A stretch of DNA of 64,000 nucleotides from contig CAVQVW010000002.1 in assembly GCA_963717285.1 (NCBI GenBank), positions 187,445-251,444 of the forward strand, given 5' to 3'. A model generated the notes under the pieces. That model had not been told where the DNA came from. It saw only the letters and a program-made list of their open reading frames with translations, and did not search any database. Below, piece after piece: positions 9,612-19,474 of this stretch. Origin of the DNA: an uncultured Thermoleophilia bacterium (GTDB taxonomy: Bacteria > Actinomycetota > Thermoleophilia > UBA2241). Position 1 is the stretch's first letter, and each line of letters starts with the position of its first letter. Both the position numbers and the translations under genes were made by a program.

Positions 9612-10688
9612 TCACGACTCCTTGTCGCCTGATTCGGCGGCTGGCTTGGCCTCGGCGGCCGGGGCAGCTTCCTTCTCGGTCTTGGCGGAGGATGCCTCCG
9701 ACTTCGCCTCGGAAGCTGCTGCCGTTGCGGGAGCGTCGGCCTTCTTGGCGGCCGGCTTCGCGACGCGCTTGGTCGCGCTTGCCTTCTTGGCAGGCTTCTC
9801 CGTCCCCGACTTGGGGGCGGTCTCCCCGCCGGTCGCCTTCGCGGCAGCGGGGGCCTCGGCTTCTGCTGCCGCAGCTTCGGCGTCGTCGGCGGTCGCCGCC
9901 GCAGCTTCGGCCTCAGCGACCTTGACGGCCTCTGCGACGGCAGCATCTTCAGCCGCCTTGCGCTCGCTGGCCGCCTTCATCTCGGCCTCGGTGAGGAGTT
10001 GACGTCCTTGGGCCACCGCGTCGGCCATGACGCTGATGATCAGGGTGCAGCTGCGGATGGCATCGTCGTTGCCCGGGATGATGTAGTCGATCTCGTCCGG
10101 GTCACAGTTGGTGTCGACGAGGCCGATGATGGGGATCTTGAGCTTGCGCGCCTCCTTGACGACAATGGCTTCCTTGCGCGGATCGACGACGAGGACGGCG
10201 GCGGGAAGACGCTCCATGGTGCCCACGCCACCGAGGTTCTGCTCGAGCTTGCGCAGGTCGGCGCGAAGCTGCATCGCCTCGCGCGTCGGCAGGAGGTCCA
10301 GGGAGCCGTCCTGCTCGAGGCGCCTCAACTCGTGCATACGCTTGATGCGCTTGCTCAGTGTGGCGAAGTTGGTGAGCAGTCCGCCCAGCCATCGATTGCA
10401 GACATACGGCATGCCGACTCGCTCGGCCTGCTCCTTGATCTGTTCCTGACACTGCTTCTTGGTACCTACGAAGAGGACGGAGCCCCCGCGTTCGGACGTG
10501 TTCTTGAGGAACGCGTATGCCTCATCGATGAGGACGGTGCTCTTCTGGAGGTCGATGATGTAGATGCCGCCGCGCTCGCCGAAGATGAACTGCTTCATCT
10601 TGGGGTTCCAGCGACGCGTCTGGTGGCCGAAATGGACGCCGTTTGTGAGCAGATCCTTCATGCTCACGGTGTGCTGCGGTGCAGGCAA
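9612..10688 (-). CDS. rpsB: 30S ribosomal protein S2 with a long Ala/Glu/Lys-rich C-terminal tail
   Basis: [18 protein letters not shown] start at 10688 preceded by GAGGGAGGG. The last ~120 aa are low-complexity. Confidence 0.9.
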   Translation of the reverse strand: MPAPQHTVSMKDLLTNGVHFGHQTRRWNPKMKQFIFGERGGIYIIDLQKSTVLIDEAYAFLKNTSERGGSVLFVGTKKQCQEQIKEQAERVGMPYVCNRWLGGLLTNFATLSKRIKRMHELRRLEQDGSLDLLPTREAMQLRADLRKLEQNLGGVGTMERLPAAVLVVDPRKEAIVVKEARKLKIPIIGLVDTNCDPDEIDYIIPGNDDAIRSCTLIISVMADAVAQGRQLLTEAEMKAASERKAAEDAAVAEAVKVAEAEAAAATADDAEAAAAEAEAPAAAKATGGETAPKSGTEKPAKKASATKRVAKPAAKKADAPATAAASEAKSEASSAKTEKEAAPAAEAKPAAESGDKES

Positions 10689-10871
10689 GATGCCCTCCCT
10701 CTGAAGCGGTTGCGGGACGGAGCGAGCCGGCGCGTCTGCGCCGGAACTGGCCGCCCACTCTGGTGCCGGCGGGAGATCTGTGGAATCGAGAACTGGTGCT
10801 CATGGCACCTTCTGCTCGACACCGCCACAGACCGGGAATCCGCCGGGTCGACATGGACATAACGACCCAGA

Positions 10872-10880
10872 ATCATACCA
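10872..10880 (-). promoter_or_regulatory. Candidate extended -10 promoter element (TGGTATGAT) upstream of rpsB
   Basis: Minus strand reads ctGGTATGATtc about 185 nt upstream of the rpsB start. No convincing -35 element. Confidence 0.25.
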
Positions 10881-10926
10881 GACGGGTACCTCGGCCGCCA
10901 TTGCGCGCTGCGCGGTAGCCTGACCG

Positions 10927-11727
10927 TCAGATGATGGCGGCGGGCTCGATCTCGTCGCGCAGACGGCCCTTCAGTCGGAGGACCGCCTTGGTGTGCAACT
11001 GCGAGATGCGGGACTCGGTGACCCCCAGAACCTCGCCGATCTCCCTGAGCGTCAGGTTTTCGTAGTAGTAGAGAGCGATGACCGTCTTCTCGCGCTGAGG
11101 CAGGGCGTCGATGGCCGCGGCCAGGCGCGTGCGGATCTCACTGAGATCGAGCATGCGCGAGGGGTCGTTGCTCTTCGGGTCTTCGATCGTGTCGATGAGC
11201 GCCGTTCGGTCGCCATCTGACCCAGATACCGGCCAGAGTTCGTCGAGCGCAACGACGGACGTAGTGGAGATCTGCGTCAGGGACTGGCGGAACTCGGCGA
11301 CGGTGATGTGCAGCTCATCGGCGATCTCCTCGTCGGTCGGCGCCCGGTGCAACCGGTTCTCGAGGAGCGCACAGACGGCTTCGATATCGCGCGCCTTGCT
11401 GCGCACCGAGCGGGGGACCCAATCGAGTGAGCGCAGCTCATCGATGATGGATCCCTTGATGCGGGAGATCGCGTAGGTCTCGAACTTGATCTGCCGCTCA
11501 GGGTCGAACCGCTTGAGGGCACTGATGAGACCGAGCAGGCCGTAGCTGATGAGGTCGGCCTCGTCTATGTGGGCAGGCAGGCCGTTGCTCATCCGCCCAG
11601 CCACATACTTGACCAAGGGTGCATACGAGAGGATCAGGCGGTCGCGCGCAGCCTGGTCGCCGTGATGCTTGTAGCGCGCCCAGAGCTCGCGGACCTTCTG
11701 TTCATCTAGTTTCGTCGTCGCGCTCAT
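10927..11727 (-). CDS. whiG: FliA/WhiG-family RNA polymerase sigma factor
   Basis: Region 2 YAISRIKGSIIDELR and region 4 LTLREIGEVLGVTESRISQLHTKAVLRLK. Position next to rpsB-tsf-pyrH-frr matches actinobacterial whiG. Confidence 0.75.
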   Translation of the reverse strand: MSATTKLDEQKVRELWARYKHHGDQAARDRLILSYAPLVKYVAGRMSNGLPAHIDEADLISYGLLGLISALKRFDPERQIKFETYAISRIKGSIIDELRSLDWVPRSVRSKARDIEAVCALLENRLHRAPTDEEIADELHITVAEFRQSLTQISTTSVVALDELWPVSGSDGDRTALIDTIEDPKSNDPSRMLDLSEIRTRLAAAIDALPQREKTVIALYYYENLTLREIGEVLGVTESRISQLHTKAVLRLKGRLRDEIEPAAII

Positions 11728-12687
11728 TCAGGCCCTCGGGTGGTGAAGGTCGTACATGCGCCGCAGGTGCGCTCCCCCAACGTGCGCGTACACCTGCGTC
11801 GTGGATACCGACGCATGACCGAGCAACTCTTGAATCACTCGCAGATCTGCCCCTCGCTCAAGCATGTGTGTCGCGTAGGCGTGGCGAAGCATGTGCGGTG
11901 AGGCTTCGACTACGCCGGCCCGTCTGCAGTACTTTACAACGAGTCGGCGAATGTCCGAAGTCGAGAGGCGCCGGCCGTTGTGGGAGACCAGCAGTGGCGA
12001 GCCTCGCTCCGAGCTCGGCGTGGACAGCGATGACTCGCCTGCTACGAGTGGCGCGCGGCCGCGCGCGAGGTAGCGATGGAGGGCCGCCCCTGTCTCGGCT
12101 CCCATCGGCACGACTCGCATCCTGCCACCCTTGCCTCTTACGCGGAGCTGCTCCTGGGCTTGCTGCACGTCGTCAAGTGAGAGGTCGACGGTCTCCTGGC
12201 TGCGCAATCCACAGCCGTAGAGGAGCTCCAGGGCCAGGCGGTCCCGCAACGAGAGAGGCTCCACGCCACCGGCCGCCGTCAGGACGGAGTCGACCTCGGA
12301 CACCGTGAGGGTCCGGGGCAGGCGACGTCGGCGCCTGGGTCCAGGCAGCGTCCGTGACGGATCGGCTTGGAGCACGCCGTTCTCGGTGAGGTAGCGCAGC
12401 AGGCCGCGCAGCGTCGAGAGCTTGCGCGAGAGGGTCGCCGGCGCATAGCCTCGCCGACCAAGGTCGGCAGAGAAGGCGCGCACAGAACGGCGATCGAGTT
12501 CTTCCACGGTGGCGCCGCGGGCCGCGAGCCAATCGAGAAGCTGGGCGAGATCGGCTCCGTAGGAGCGGCGAGTGGACAGGCTGGCCCCACGGACCTCGAG
12601 GTCGCGGAGGTAGCCGGCGCAGCGCCGGTTCGGGTCGGCAGCGACGTGCGACTCGTTCTGCATGGCGCGCTGCGGCGGTGTGGTCAA
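11728..12687 (-). CDS. xerC: Tyrosine recombinase XerC
   Basis: C-terminal catalytic HMLRHAYATHMLERGADLRVIQELLGHASVSTTQVYAHV. Confidence 0.85.
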   Translation of the reverse strand: MTTPPQRAMQNESHVAADPNRRCAGYLRDLEVRGASLSTRRSYGADLAQLLDWLAARGATVEELDRRSVRAFSADLGRRGYAPATLSRKLSTLRGLLRYLTENGVLQADPSRTLPGPRRRRRLPRTLTVSEVDSVLTAAGGVEPLSLRDRLALELLYGCGLRSQETVDLSLDDVQQAQEQLRVRGKGGRMRVVPMGAETGAALHRYLARGRAPLVAGESSLSTPSSERGSPLLVSHNGRRLSTSDIRRLVVKYCRRAGVVEASPHMLRHAYATHMLERGADLRVIQELLGHASVSTTQVYAHVGGAHLRRMYDLHHPRA

Positions 12688-12786
12688 TGGGCACCCTTTC
12701 GTGGCGCCCTAGGCTTCAACGCCGGGCTCTCCCACTCCTGCACCGGCTCCGCCAGGATTCGACGACGTCACATGGTCTGAACGTGA

Positions 12787-14148
12787 TCAGCTCTGGCGTA
12801 AGCGGTACACGCCGCCGTCGACCGGATACACGAGGCCTTCGACCTCAAGCTCACTGAGAGCGGCGCCGGCAGTGTGGACAGGGATGGCGCAGCGTCGCGA
12901 GACCTGGTCGGCACTCATCGGGCCTGCCCGGAGAGCCGTCAGTACGCTGGTGACGACGCCCGAGCCGTCGTCGAACTCCTGCTGCGGGTGGCTGAGCCGC
13001 CCCTCGCTCAGCGACATCGCGGCCGGCGGCTCCATGCCCAGGGGGGTGATCGCGGCGAGTACATCGTCGGCTGACTCGCACAGCGCGGCGCCTTGCCTGA
13101 GCAACGCGTGCGGCGCCGCCGTCAGCCTCCTCCCCGCCTCTCCGGGCACGGCGAGGACGTCGCGGCCGAGATCGAGGGCGAAGTCGGCCGTGAGGCGCGC
13201 GCCGCTCCGGTCGGCGCCTTCGACCACGACGACTGCTCGCGCGAGTCCCGCCATCACTCGATTCCTCGCGGGAAAGCGCCAGGCTCGGGCGGGTACTCCC
13301 CAGGCGAACTCCGAGATGAGCAGGCCGGTGCGTCTGACCGCATCGAAGAGCTTGCGATTGACACGTGGATACACGACGTCGGCGCCGCATCCGAGGACCC
13401 CTGCGGTCGTCGGCACGCGCAGCGTCAGCGCCGCGTCGATGGCTGCGGACTGGGCTGTCGCATCGATGCCCATGGCCAGGCCACTGATGACGAGGACGCC
13501 GCGCGAAGTCAGGTCGCGGCCGAGGCGGGCCGCTATCTCCTCTCCGTAGATCGAGGGCGCCCGGGTGCCGACGACCGCGACGGCCGGGCGAACACAGAGA
13601 GCTTGCAGCCTGTGGGTGAGCTCCTCGTCCGGGCAGTCGTGTCGCACGAAGAGGCACAGCGGCGGGTCGGCGAGCTGTCTGAGAGCCGGCGGGTAGAGCG
13701 GGTCGCACCAGGCGACGAGCGCGCGACCCTCCCCCGCTGAGGCGATCGCGTCCAGGTACTGTCGCGGGGACAGCTCGAGAACCGACTCGAAGCGGGATCT
13801 GGCGCGCTCGTCGTCGCCGGTCGGTCGCGCTCCGGCGGCTTCAGATCCCAGCGGGCCGTCGGCGCCGCCGAGCGCCATCTGCCTCCCTCTCGCCGACGCT
13901 CGCAACGCTTCGGCGAGGTCCCCTGGGTCCATGTCGATGACCTCCGGGATGCTTCCGCGGACCTTGACGAGGCGCCTGATCAGCCCTGGACGCCACGAAG
14001 CCAACCCGCCCAGCCACACACAGATCGCGCGCCGATTCGCGGGAACCCTGCGAGGCTTGGCCCGGCCGGCCGAGGATCCGCTTCGGCCTCCACGGCGTTC
14101 ACCCCCCACGATCGCTCCTCGGGCGGTAGGAGAGACTTTCGGCGACAT
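12787..14148 (-). CDS. dprA: DNA processing protein DprA (Smf)
   Basis: GLAMGIDATAQSAA Rossmann core and C-terminal winged-helix-like tail. Start uncertain; the longest ORF overlaps the comM 3' end by 50 nt. Confidence 0.85.
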   Translation of the reverse strand: MSPKVSPTARGAIVGGERRGGRSGSSAGRAKPRRVPANRRAICVWLGGLASWRPGLIRRLVKVRGSIPEVIDMDPGDLAEALRASARGRQMALGGADGPLGSEAAGARPTGDDERARSRFESVLELSPRQYLDAIASAGEGRALVAWCDPLYPPALRQLADPPLCLFVRHDCPDEELTHRLQALCVRPAVAVVGTRAPSIYGEEIAARLGRDLTSRGVLVISGLAMGIDATAQSAAIDAALTLRVPTTAGVLGCGADVVYPRVNRKLFDAVRRTGLLISEFAWGVPARAWRFPARNRVMAGLARAVVVVEGADRSGARLTADFALDLGRDVLAVPGEAGRRLTAAPHALLRQGAALCESADDVLAAITPLGMEPPAAMSLSEGRLSHPQQEFDDGSGVVTSVLTALRAGPMSADQVSRRCAIPVHTAGAALSELEVEGLVYPVDGGVYRLRQS

Positions 14149-15634
14149 GGTTCGGCTGGATGACCGCGGCGCCCTCGAGGTCGGCGATAGTCTGCGCGAC
14201 CCTGACCACCCGATCGCAGGCGCGGGCGCTCAGCCGCAGACGCTCATAGGCTCGATCGATCAGGGCACTCGCATCCGGATGGAGAGTGCATAGACGATGC
14301 AGGTGACGCGCGTCCATGTGCGCGTTCGCGTAGGACCCGGTGTCCGTGAGGCGATGAAGCTGGCGCTGCCTCGCAGCGCCGACACGCCCGCGAATGATCG
14401 CCGAGGTCTCGCCGCGTGCGGTGCCCGCCCGGTCCCTGGCGGGCACCCTGGGTACCTCGAGATGCAGATCGATGCGGTCGAGCAGCGGGCCGCTCAGTTT
14501 GGAGGAGTACTGCCGCACGCGGAAGCTCGGGCACATGCACTCGCGGGATCGGTCGCCGCGATACCCACAGGGGCAGGGGTTCATCGCCGCGACCAGCATG
14601 ATACGCGCGGGAAACGTCATCGACGTGAGCCTGCGGCTGATGGTGAGCCGGCCATCCTCGAGTGGCTGCCGCAGGCCTTCGAGGGCGGAGAGCCGGAACT
14701 CCGGGAACTCGTCGAGGAAGAGAACCCCGAGATGGGCGAGGCTGATCTCTCCCGGGCGCGGAGTCGTTCCGCCACCGACCAACCCGGGCGAGGAGATCGT
14801 GTGATGCGGACAGCGCAGGGGCCTTCGAGTGATGAGGGGGACGCCCGCGGGCAGAAGACCGGCGACGCTGTAGATGCGGGTGATCTCGATGGCCTCGTCG
14901 ATGGTGAGCGCCGGCATGATGCTCGGTAGGCGTCGGGCGAGCATGGTCTTGCCAGCGCCGGGCGAGCCGCACATGAGTACGTTGTGGGCTCCTGCGACGG
15001 CGATCTCAAGGGCACGCTTGACCTGTGCCTGGCCGCTGATGTCGGCGAAGTCGGCATCGCTTGGCGGAGCGTCGTTGAGCAAGCTGTCGAGGTCGGCGGC
15101 AGGCGCCGCCTCCCCGCCCCCCGCGGCCAGCTGACTAACCGCCTGCCCAAGGCTTTCCGCTGGGTAGACTTCGAGCCCGGGCACGAGGGATGCTTCGGCC
15201 GCGTTCGCTGACGGTAAGAGCAGGCCTCGCACCCCGCGCCGACGCAGGCTCTCGGCCAGAGCGAGAGCGCCCGCCACCGGGCGCACGCTGCCGTCCAGGC
15301 CGAGCTCACCGACGGCGGCCAGCGGGCCGCGCTCGCCGCAACCGTCGGTCGCCTGGCCGGTCGCCACGAGAAGGGCGAGGGCTATGGGCAGATCGAACGA
15401 TGGCCCCTCCTTGCGAAGGGAGGCAGGGGCCAGGTTCACTGTGATGCGTCGCGACGGGAACTCGAAAGCAGAGTTGACGATCGCGGCGCGTACCCGTTCG
15501 CGGCTCTCCTGGACTGCGGCATCGGGGAGGCCGACGATGCTGAATGCGGGCACGGCGGCCACGACATCGGCCTCGACTTCCACAGGGTGGCCTTGGAGGC
15601 CGCTCAGGGCTTCGCTGGCGATGTGGGCGAGCAC
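14099..15634 (-). CDS. comM: Mg-chelatase-like AAA+ ATPase ComM/YifB
   Basis: N-terminal Lon-protease-like domain (ITVNLAPASLRKEGPSFDLPIALALL), Walker A GSPGAGKTMLARRL, C-terminal ChlI-like region. Confidence 0.85.
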   Translation of the reverse strand: MLAHIASEALSGLQGHPVEVEADVVAAVPAFSIVGLPDAAVQESRERVRAAIVNSAFEFPSRRITVNLAPASLRKEGPSFDLPIALALLVATGQATDGCGERGPLAAVGELGLDGSVRPVAGALALAESLRRRGVRGLLLPSANAAEASLVPGLEVYPAESLGQAVSQLAAGGGEAAPAADLDSLLNDAPPSDADFADISGQAQVKRALEIAVAGAHNVLMCGSPGAGKTMLARRLPSIMPALTIDEAIEITRIYSVAGLLPAGVPLITRRPLRCPHHTISSPGLVGGGTTPRPGEISLAHLGVLFLDEFPEFRLSALEGLRQPLEDGRLTISRRLTSMTFPARIMLVAAMNPCPCGYRGDRSRECMCPSFRVRQYSSKLSGPLLDRIDLHLEVPRVPARDRAGTARGETSAIIRGRVGAARQRQLHRLTDTGSYANAHMDARHLHRLCTLHPDASALIDRAYERLRLSARACDRVVRVAQTIADLEGAAVIQPNHVAESLSYRPRSDRGG

Positions 15635-15643
15635 AGACCCGCG

Positions 15644-16018
15644 CTACCCGTCGGCCGTGAACGCGGCCGCGAGATGACGGATCGCGGCAGGTGACCTGCT
15701 GGCATCGACGGCGACTATGTCGAAGCGCACTTCGTCGACCTCGTGCAGGGCCCATGGACGGCTCGCCAGCCACATCTCGGCCAAGCGAGCCACTTGGTGT
15801 CGCTTTCGGCGGTCGACGGCGTCCTCAGGCGAGCCGCAGCTGCCGCTGCGTCTCGCCTTCACCTCGACGAAGGCGAGGACGCGGCCACGGCGCGCGATGA
15901 TGTCGAGCTCGCCGCGGCCGACGCGGACGTTGCGGCCGAGACAGCACCACCCTGAGCGGCGGAGATGCTCGGCGGCGGCTTGCTCGGCAGCTCGGCCGAG
16001 TGTCTGGCGAGTGTTCAC
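15644..16018 (-). CDS. yraN: YraN-family (UPF0102) endonuclease-like protein
   Basis: GRAAEQAAAEHL...GELDIIA...FVEVKAR. GTG start at 16018 preferred; GTG at 16054 is the alternative. Confidence 0.75.
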   Translation of the reverse strand: MNTRQTLGRAAEQAAAEHLRRSGWCCLGRNVRVGRGELDIIARRGRVLAFVEVKARRSGSCGSPEDAVDRRKRHQVARLAEMWLASRPWALHEVDEVRFDIVAVDASRSPAAIRHLAAAFTADG

Positions 16019-16129
16019 CCCCAGACAGTAGTGGAGCGAGACTCGCCCGCACACGTTGCCGATCAGCTTGGCGAGGTGACGTTTCTCATCGTCGAGGCGG
16101 ACGTGACCGGCGTGGTCGGGCGACGGGCC

Positions 16130-16741
16130 CTAGAGCCCCAGGTCAAGCTGGCCGTACGCGACACTGGCGAACGACAGGCGATGGAGTTCGCAGACACCGT
16201 GCTCGGCGATGGCGTCGTGATGGACGCGCGTCGCGTAGCCGACGTGGCGGTCGAAGCCATACTGCGGGTAGCGATCATGGAGGCCGATCATCAACCGATC
16301 ACGCGTCACCTTGGCGACGATGGAGGCGGCGGCGATCGCCGCGGAGCGTCCGTCGCCGCCGCCGAGGGCTTCGTGGGCCACCGTGAGGCCCGGCAGTCGG
16401 AATCCGTCGACAAGAATGACGTCCGGCACGGGCAGGACTGCCCGGAGGGCAGCTTCGAGAGCGGCGAGATTGCTGCGATGGAGGCCGTCGCGATCGATGG
16501 TGTGCTGAGAGCAGCACACGATGGCGACCTGCTTGGCGCGGTGCAGGATCTCACCGTAGAGAAGGGCGCGCTCCGGCTTGCCGAGCTTCTTCGAGTCGTC
16601 GAGAGCGGCCAGCGCCGCGAAGTCGGCGGGTCCGAGGTCGGCGTAGTCGAGGCAGACTGCGGCGGCGACCAGCGGGCCGGCAAGGGAGCCACGGCCTGCC
16701 TCGTCGGCGCCGGCCAGGGTGCGGCCGGCACATACGTCGAT
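16130..16741 (-). CDS. rnhB: Ribonuclease HII (start codon unresolved)
   Basis: Own translation upstream of the track ORF in the same frame gives ...FDIDVCAGRTLAGADEAGRGSLAGPLVAAAV...DDSKKL. No ATG/GTG/TTG lies in frame between the stop at 16898-16900 and GTG at 16519. The listed 5' end is the ATC codon at 16739-16741, used only as a placeholder. Confidence 0.8.
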   Translation of the reverse strand: MDVCAGRTLAGADEAGRGSLAGPLVAAAVCLDYADLGPADFAALAALDDSKKLGKPERALLYGEILHRAKQVAIVCCSQHTIDRDGLHRSNLAALEAALRAVLPVPDVILVDGFRLPGLTVAHEALGGGDGRSAAIAAASIVAKVTRDRLMIGLHDRYPQYGFDRHVGYATRVHHDAIAEHGVCELHRLSFASVAYGQLDLGL

Positions 16742-16847
16742 GTCGAAGGCGAAGCGCGTGTTGCCGGCGGGCTCCGGGCTGCCCCCCGGGACCGCACCGC
16801 TGGGCGTGTCGGCACTCCTCTGCGGCCGCTGGACTCCGATCCGCCTG

Positions 16848-17609
16848 CTAGTCGTCGACCCCTCCGATGCGAGCGAGAGGCCAGTAGCGTCCGAAGGTCA
16901 GCCCTACGAGCTGCTCGCGGGGCACCGGTCCGAACTCGCGGCTGTCGCCGCTGTTGATGCGATTGTCGCCCATCATGAAGTAGCTGTGGGCGGGCACGAC
17001 AAAAGGCTCCTCGAGCCCCCAAGGCATACCGTTCGCGAACGGCTCAGTCGGGACCGGACCCTCCGCCGTCTGAAGCACGTACGACTCGCTCTGCGCCTCC
17101 CCGTTGACGTAGAGAACGCCTTCGCTCACGGACAGCTCGTCCCCAGGCATGCCGACGATCCTCTTGATCAGGACGGGCCCATCAAAAGGGGGATGGAAGA
17201 CGACGACGTCACCTTGCTGGGGGTCCGAGAAGCGCCAGGAGATGCGGTCCACGAGCACACGGTCGCCCACGAGCAGCGTATCCTGCATCGACTCCGAAGG
17301 AATGCGATACGGCTTCACGAGGAACGCCTGGACGAGCAGCGCCACGCCGATGGCCACGAGGGCAAGGACGGCGTACTCGGCGAGCGTCCGCTTGCGCGAG
17401 GACGGCTTGCGCCCGCCATGGGACTCGCCACTCGCATATGCGTCCTGGGTCACTCTCCCCCCTCTGCGGTTTCGCGGCAGGAGTGTATCAGAGCCTCCGG
17501 CCCGCTCAGATGACCGACGGACTGAGGGCGGAATCGATCGGCAGACGACTCCGTCTTCGTGGGTCGTCTGGACACTGTCCGATGCGACCGTCGCGAGGCC
17601 GTCGAACAC
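16848..17609 (-). CDS. lepB: Signal peptidase I
   Basis: IPSESMQDTL (catalytic Ser) and GDNRINSGDSR box. The real start is probably GTG at 17453, just before the TM anchor. Confidence 0.85.
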   Translation of the reverse strand: MFDGLATVASDSVQTTHEDGVVCRSIPPSVRRSSERAGGSDTLLPRNRRGGRVTQDAYASGESHGGRKPSSRKRTLAEYAVLALVAIGVALLVQAFLVKPYRIPSESMQDTLLVGDRVLVDRISWRFSDPQQGDVVVFHPPFDGPVLIKRIVGMPGDELSVSEGVLYVNGEAQSESYVLQTAEGPVPTEPFANGMPWGLEEPFVVPAHSYFMMGDNRINSGDSREFGPVPREQLVGLTFGRYWPLARIGGVDD

Positions 17610-17702
17610 AGCGCACGGCGGGCGTGGAGCGGGCTGAGGGCGTGGCCATCGCAGGCGCGTGGCCTGGAGAAGCGCCGGCTCCGGTGAAGGAAATCGTCGA
17701 TA

Positions 17703-17717
17703 CGGAGCGCCGCTCCG
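17703..17717 (-). terminator. Short GC hairpin downstream of rplS (weak terminator candidate)
   Basis: cggagc-ggc-gctccg, 6-bp stem, about 15 nt after the rplS stop. No clear U-tract. Confidence 0.25.
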
Positions 17718-17731
17718 GGGCGGATAGCCCT

Positions 17732-18076
17732 CTAGCGCTGCTTCTCGCGCACCCGGGCCTGCTTGCCCACCTTGTCGCGCAGGTAATACAGCTTCGCGCG
17801 CCGCACGTCGCCGATCGAGAGCACGTCGATCTTCTCGATCTTGGGGGAGTGCACGGGGAACGTGCGCTCGACGCCGACACCGAAGGACTGCTTGCGCACC
17901 GTGAAGGTCTCACGTGCGCCCGCTCCCTGCCGCTTGATGACGATGCCCTGGAAGACCTGGATACGGTGGCGCGTGCCCTCAACTACCTTGAAATGGACCT
18001 TGACTGTGTCGCCGGCCTTGAACTGCGGGATGCCGTCGCGCAGCTGCTGGCGTTCGATGTTCTCAATGATGTTCAC
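17732..18076 (-). CDS. rplS: 50S ribosomal protein L19
   Basis: [12 protein letters not shown]...[36 protein letters not shown] at 18076 preceded by AAGAGGA. Confidence 0.9.
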   Translation of the reverse strand: MNIIENIERQQLRDGIPQFKAGDTVKVHFKVVEGTRHRIQVFQGIVIKRQGAGARETFTVRKQSFGVGVERTFPVHSPKIEKIDVLSIGDVRRAKLYYLRDKVGKQARVREKQR

Positions 18077-18126
18077 GGATCCTCTTTCCGAGCTCAACCC
18101 AGCGTTGCGAGCGCAAGCCGACGGAT

Positions 18127-18155
18127 AGTGTAACAGGCACGTAGACGCGGCGCAA
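18127..18155 (-). promoter_or_regulatory. Candidate sigma-70-type promoter for rplS (TTGCGC-17 nt-TACACT)
   Basis: Minus strand: TTGCGC (18150-18155), 17-nt spacer, TACACT (18127-18132), about 50 nt upstream of the rplS start. Confidence 0.3.
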
Positions 18156-18199
18156 AGCGTGGCCGGTCGGCGCGGTGGGCTGGCGGTGGCCCCGCTCCG

Positions 18200-18883
18200 C
18201 TACGCCCTCCGCTCGCTCTCGAGATCTTCATGGGCCACCCGCTCCTTTCGCCAGGCGGCGATCGCGCCGTGGTGCCCGCTGAGAAGCACCGGAGGCACTG
18301 ACCAGCCCCGGAATTCGGCGGGCCGTGTGTATTGAGGGTACTCGCCACCGCCTTCGAGCTCGGGTGAGTGAGACTCGCTCAGGATGCTCTCGGGGTTGCT
18401 GATCACACCCGGCAGCTTTCGAGTGACCGCATCGAGCAGCGCCATGGCGGCGATCTCGCCGCCGCACAGGACGTACGGACCGATGGAGATGCGATCGCTG
18501 ACGACGTGGCCGACACGCTCGTCGATACCCTCGTAGCGGCCGCAGAGAAGGACGAGATCGTCGGCGGCCAGTTCACGAGCCAAGGCGTCGGTGAGCGGGA
18601 TGCCTTTGGGCGTCAGCTCGACGACGCGTCGCGTCTCGCGCAGGCGCTGAGCGGGAACGTCGAACACCGCCTCGAGGGCCGCACAGACGACATCGATGCG
18701 CAGGACCATGCCCGCGCCGCCGCCATACGGCGTGTCGTCGACCTGCAGGTGACTGAGGGGCGTGTGGTCGCGGAAGTTGGTCAGGCCGAAACGATGTCCG
18801 AGGCGCTCAGCATGGCGGACATGGACCTGAGACAGGTACCAGTCGAACGCTTCGGGGAAGAGCGTGAAGACGTCGCAGCGCAC
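18200..18883 (-). CDS. trmD: tRNA (guanine37-N1)-methyltransferase
   Basis: RYEGIDERV, DDTPYGGGAGMV. Confidence 0.9.
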   Translation of the reverse strand: MRCDVFTLFPEAFDWYLSQVHVRHAERLGHRFGLTNFRDHTPLSHLQVDDTPYGGGAGMVLRIDVVCAALEAVFDVPAQRLRETRRVVELTPKGIPLTDALARELAADDLVLLCGRYEGIDERVGHVVSDRISIGPYVLCGGEIAAMALLDAVTRKLPGVISNPESILSESHSPELEGGGEYPQYTRPAEFRGWSVPPVLLSGHHGAIAAWRKERVAHEDLESERRA

Positions 18884-18885
18884 CG

Positions 18886-19428
18886 TCAGCCCGCAGTCTT
18901 GTCTTCGTCGAGCAGGCCATCGACCACGCGCGCGATGCGGCCGACATCGTCCACTGACACGAGCTCCTCGACGAGAGGCACGAGCAGCTCGGCGCCGGCT
19001 GGTGTTCGGACGACGAGCACCTCGTGGGCGGGGCTCTGGATCACGTCATGGATCGTTCCGAGGAAGTGGCCGCCGACGGTCTCCACCCGCAGGCCGACCA
19101 GTCCGCCGATCGTGTAGTGGGGCAGTGCGTCGAGTTCACCGCCGGTGGCCAGCAGCTCGCCACCCTGCAGCGCGATGGCCTCCTCCCTGCTTCCCGCGAG
19201 ATCGAGCAGGACGAGGGGCCGGCGATCGGTGCCGCCGACACGCTCGGCCGTGCACGGCAAGAGCCGGCAGGCACCATCGGGTGTATCGCGGTCGGGTCCC
19301 GCGACGTAGAAGTGGGCTCCGACCCTCAGGTACTCGAGACCGTTCGGGGAGAGGTTCAGATACAGCTCGCCGCGCAGTCCATGGACCTTTCCCAGGATGC
19401 CGCAGACCCAGAGACCGGAGGCGCTCAT
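18886..19428 (-). CDS. rimM: 16S rRNA processing protein RimM
   Basis: GKVHGLRGELYL, C-terminal PRC barrel. Start set to ATG at 19428. Confidence 0.85.
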   Translation of the reverse strand: MSASGLWVCGILGKVHGLRGELYLNLSPNGLEYLRVGAHFYVAGPDRDTPDGACRLLPCTAERVGGTDRRPLVLLDLAGSREEAIALQGGELLATGGELDALPHYTIGGLVGLRVETVGGHFLGTIHDVIQSPAHEVLVVRTPAGAELLVPLVEELVSVDDVGRIARVVDGLLDEDKTAG

Positions 19429-19474
19429 GGCAGGGGAGCAGATCGCGTCGTCGACGGTGCGGGTTCCAAGCCGC

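Noticed and set aside
11728-12687. Tyrosine recombinases (11728-12687 and 35323-36300) as possible integrases marking a mobile element.
   Set aside because: Both have the XerC/XerD-type catalytic C-terminus and sit in conserved housekeeping synteny. I saw no flanking tRNA, att-like direct repeats, phage genes or IS genes.
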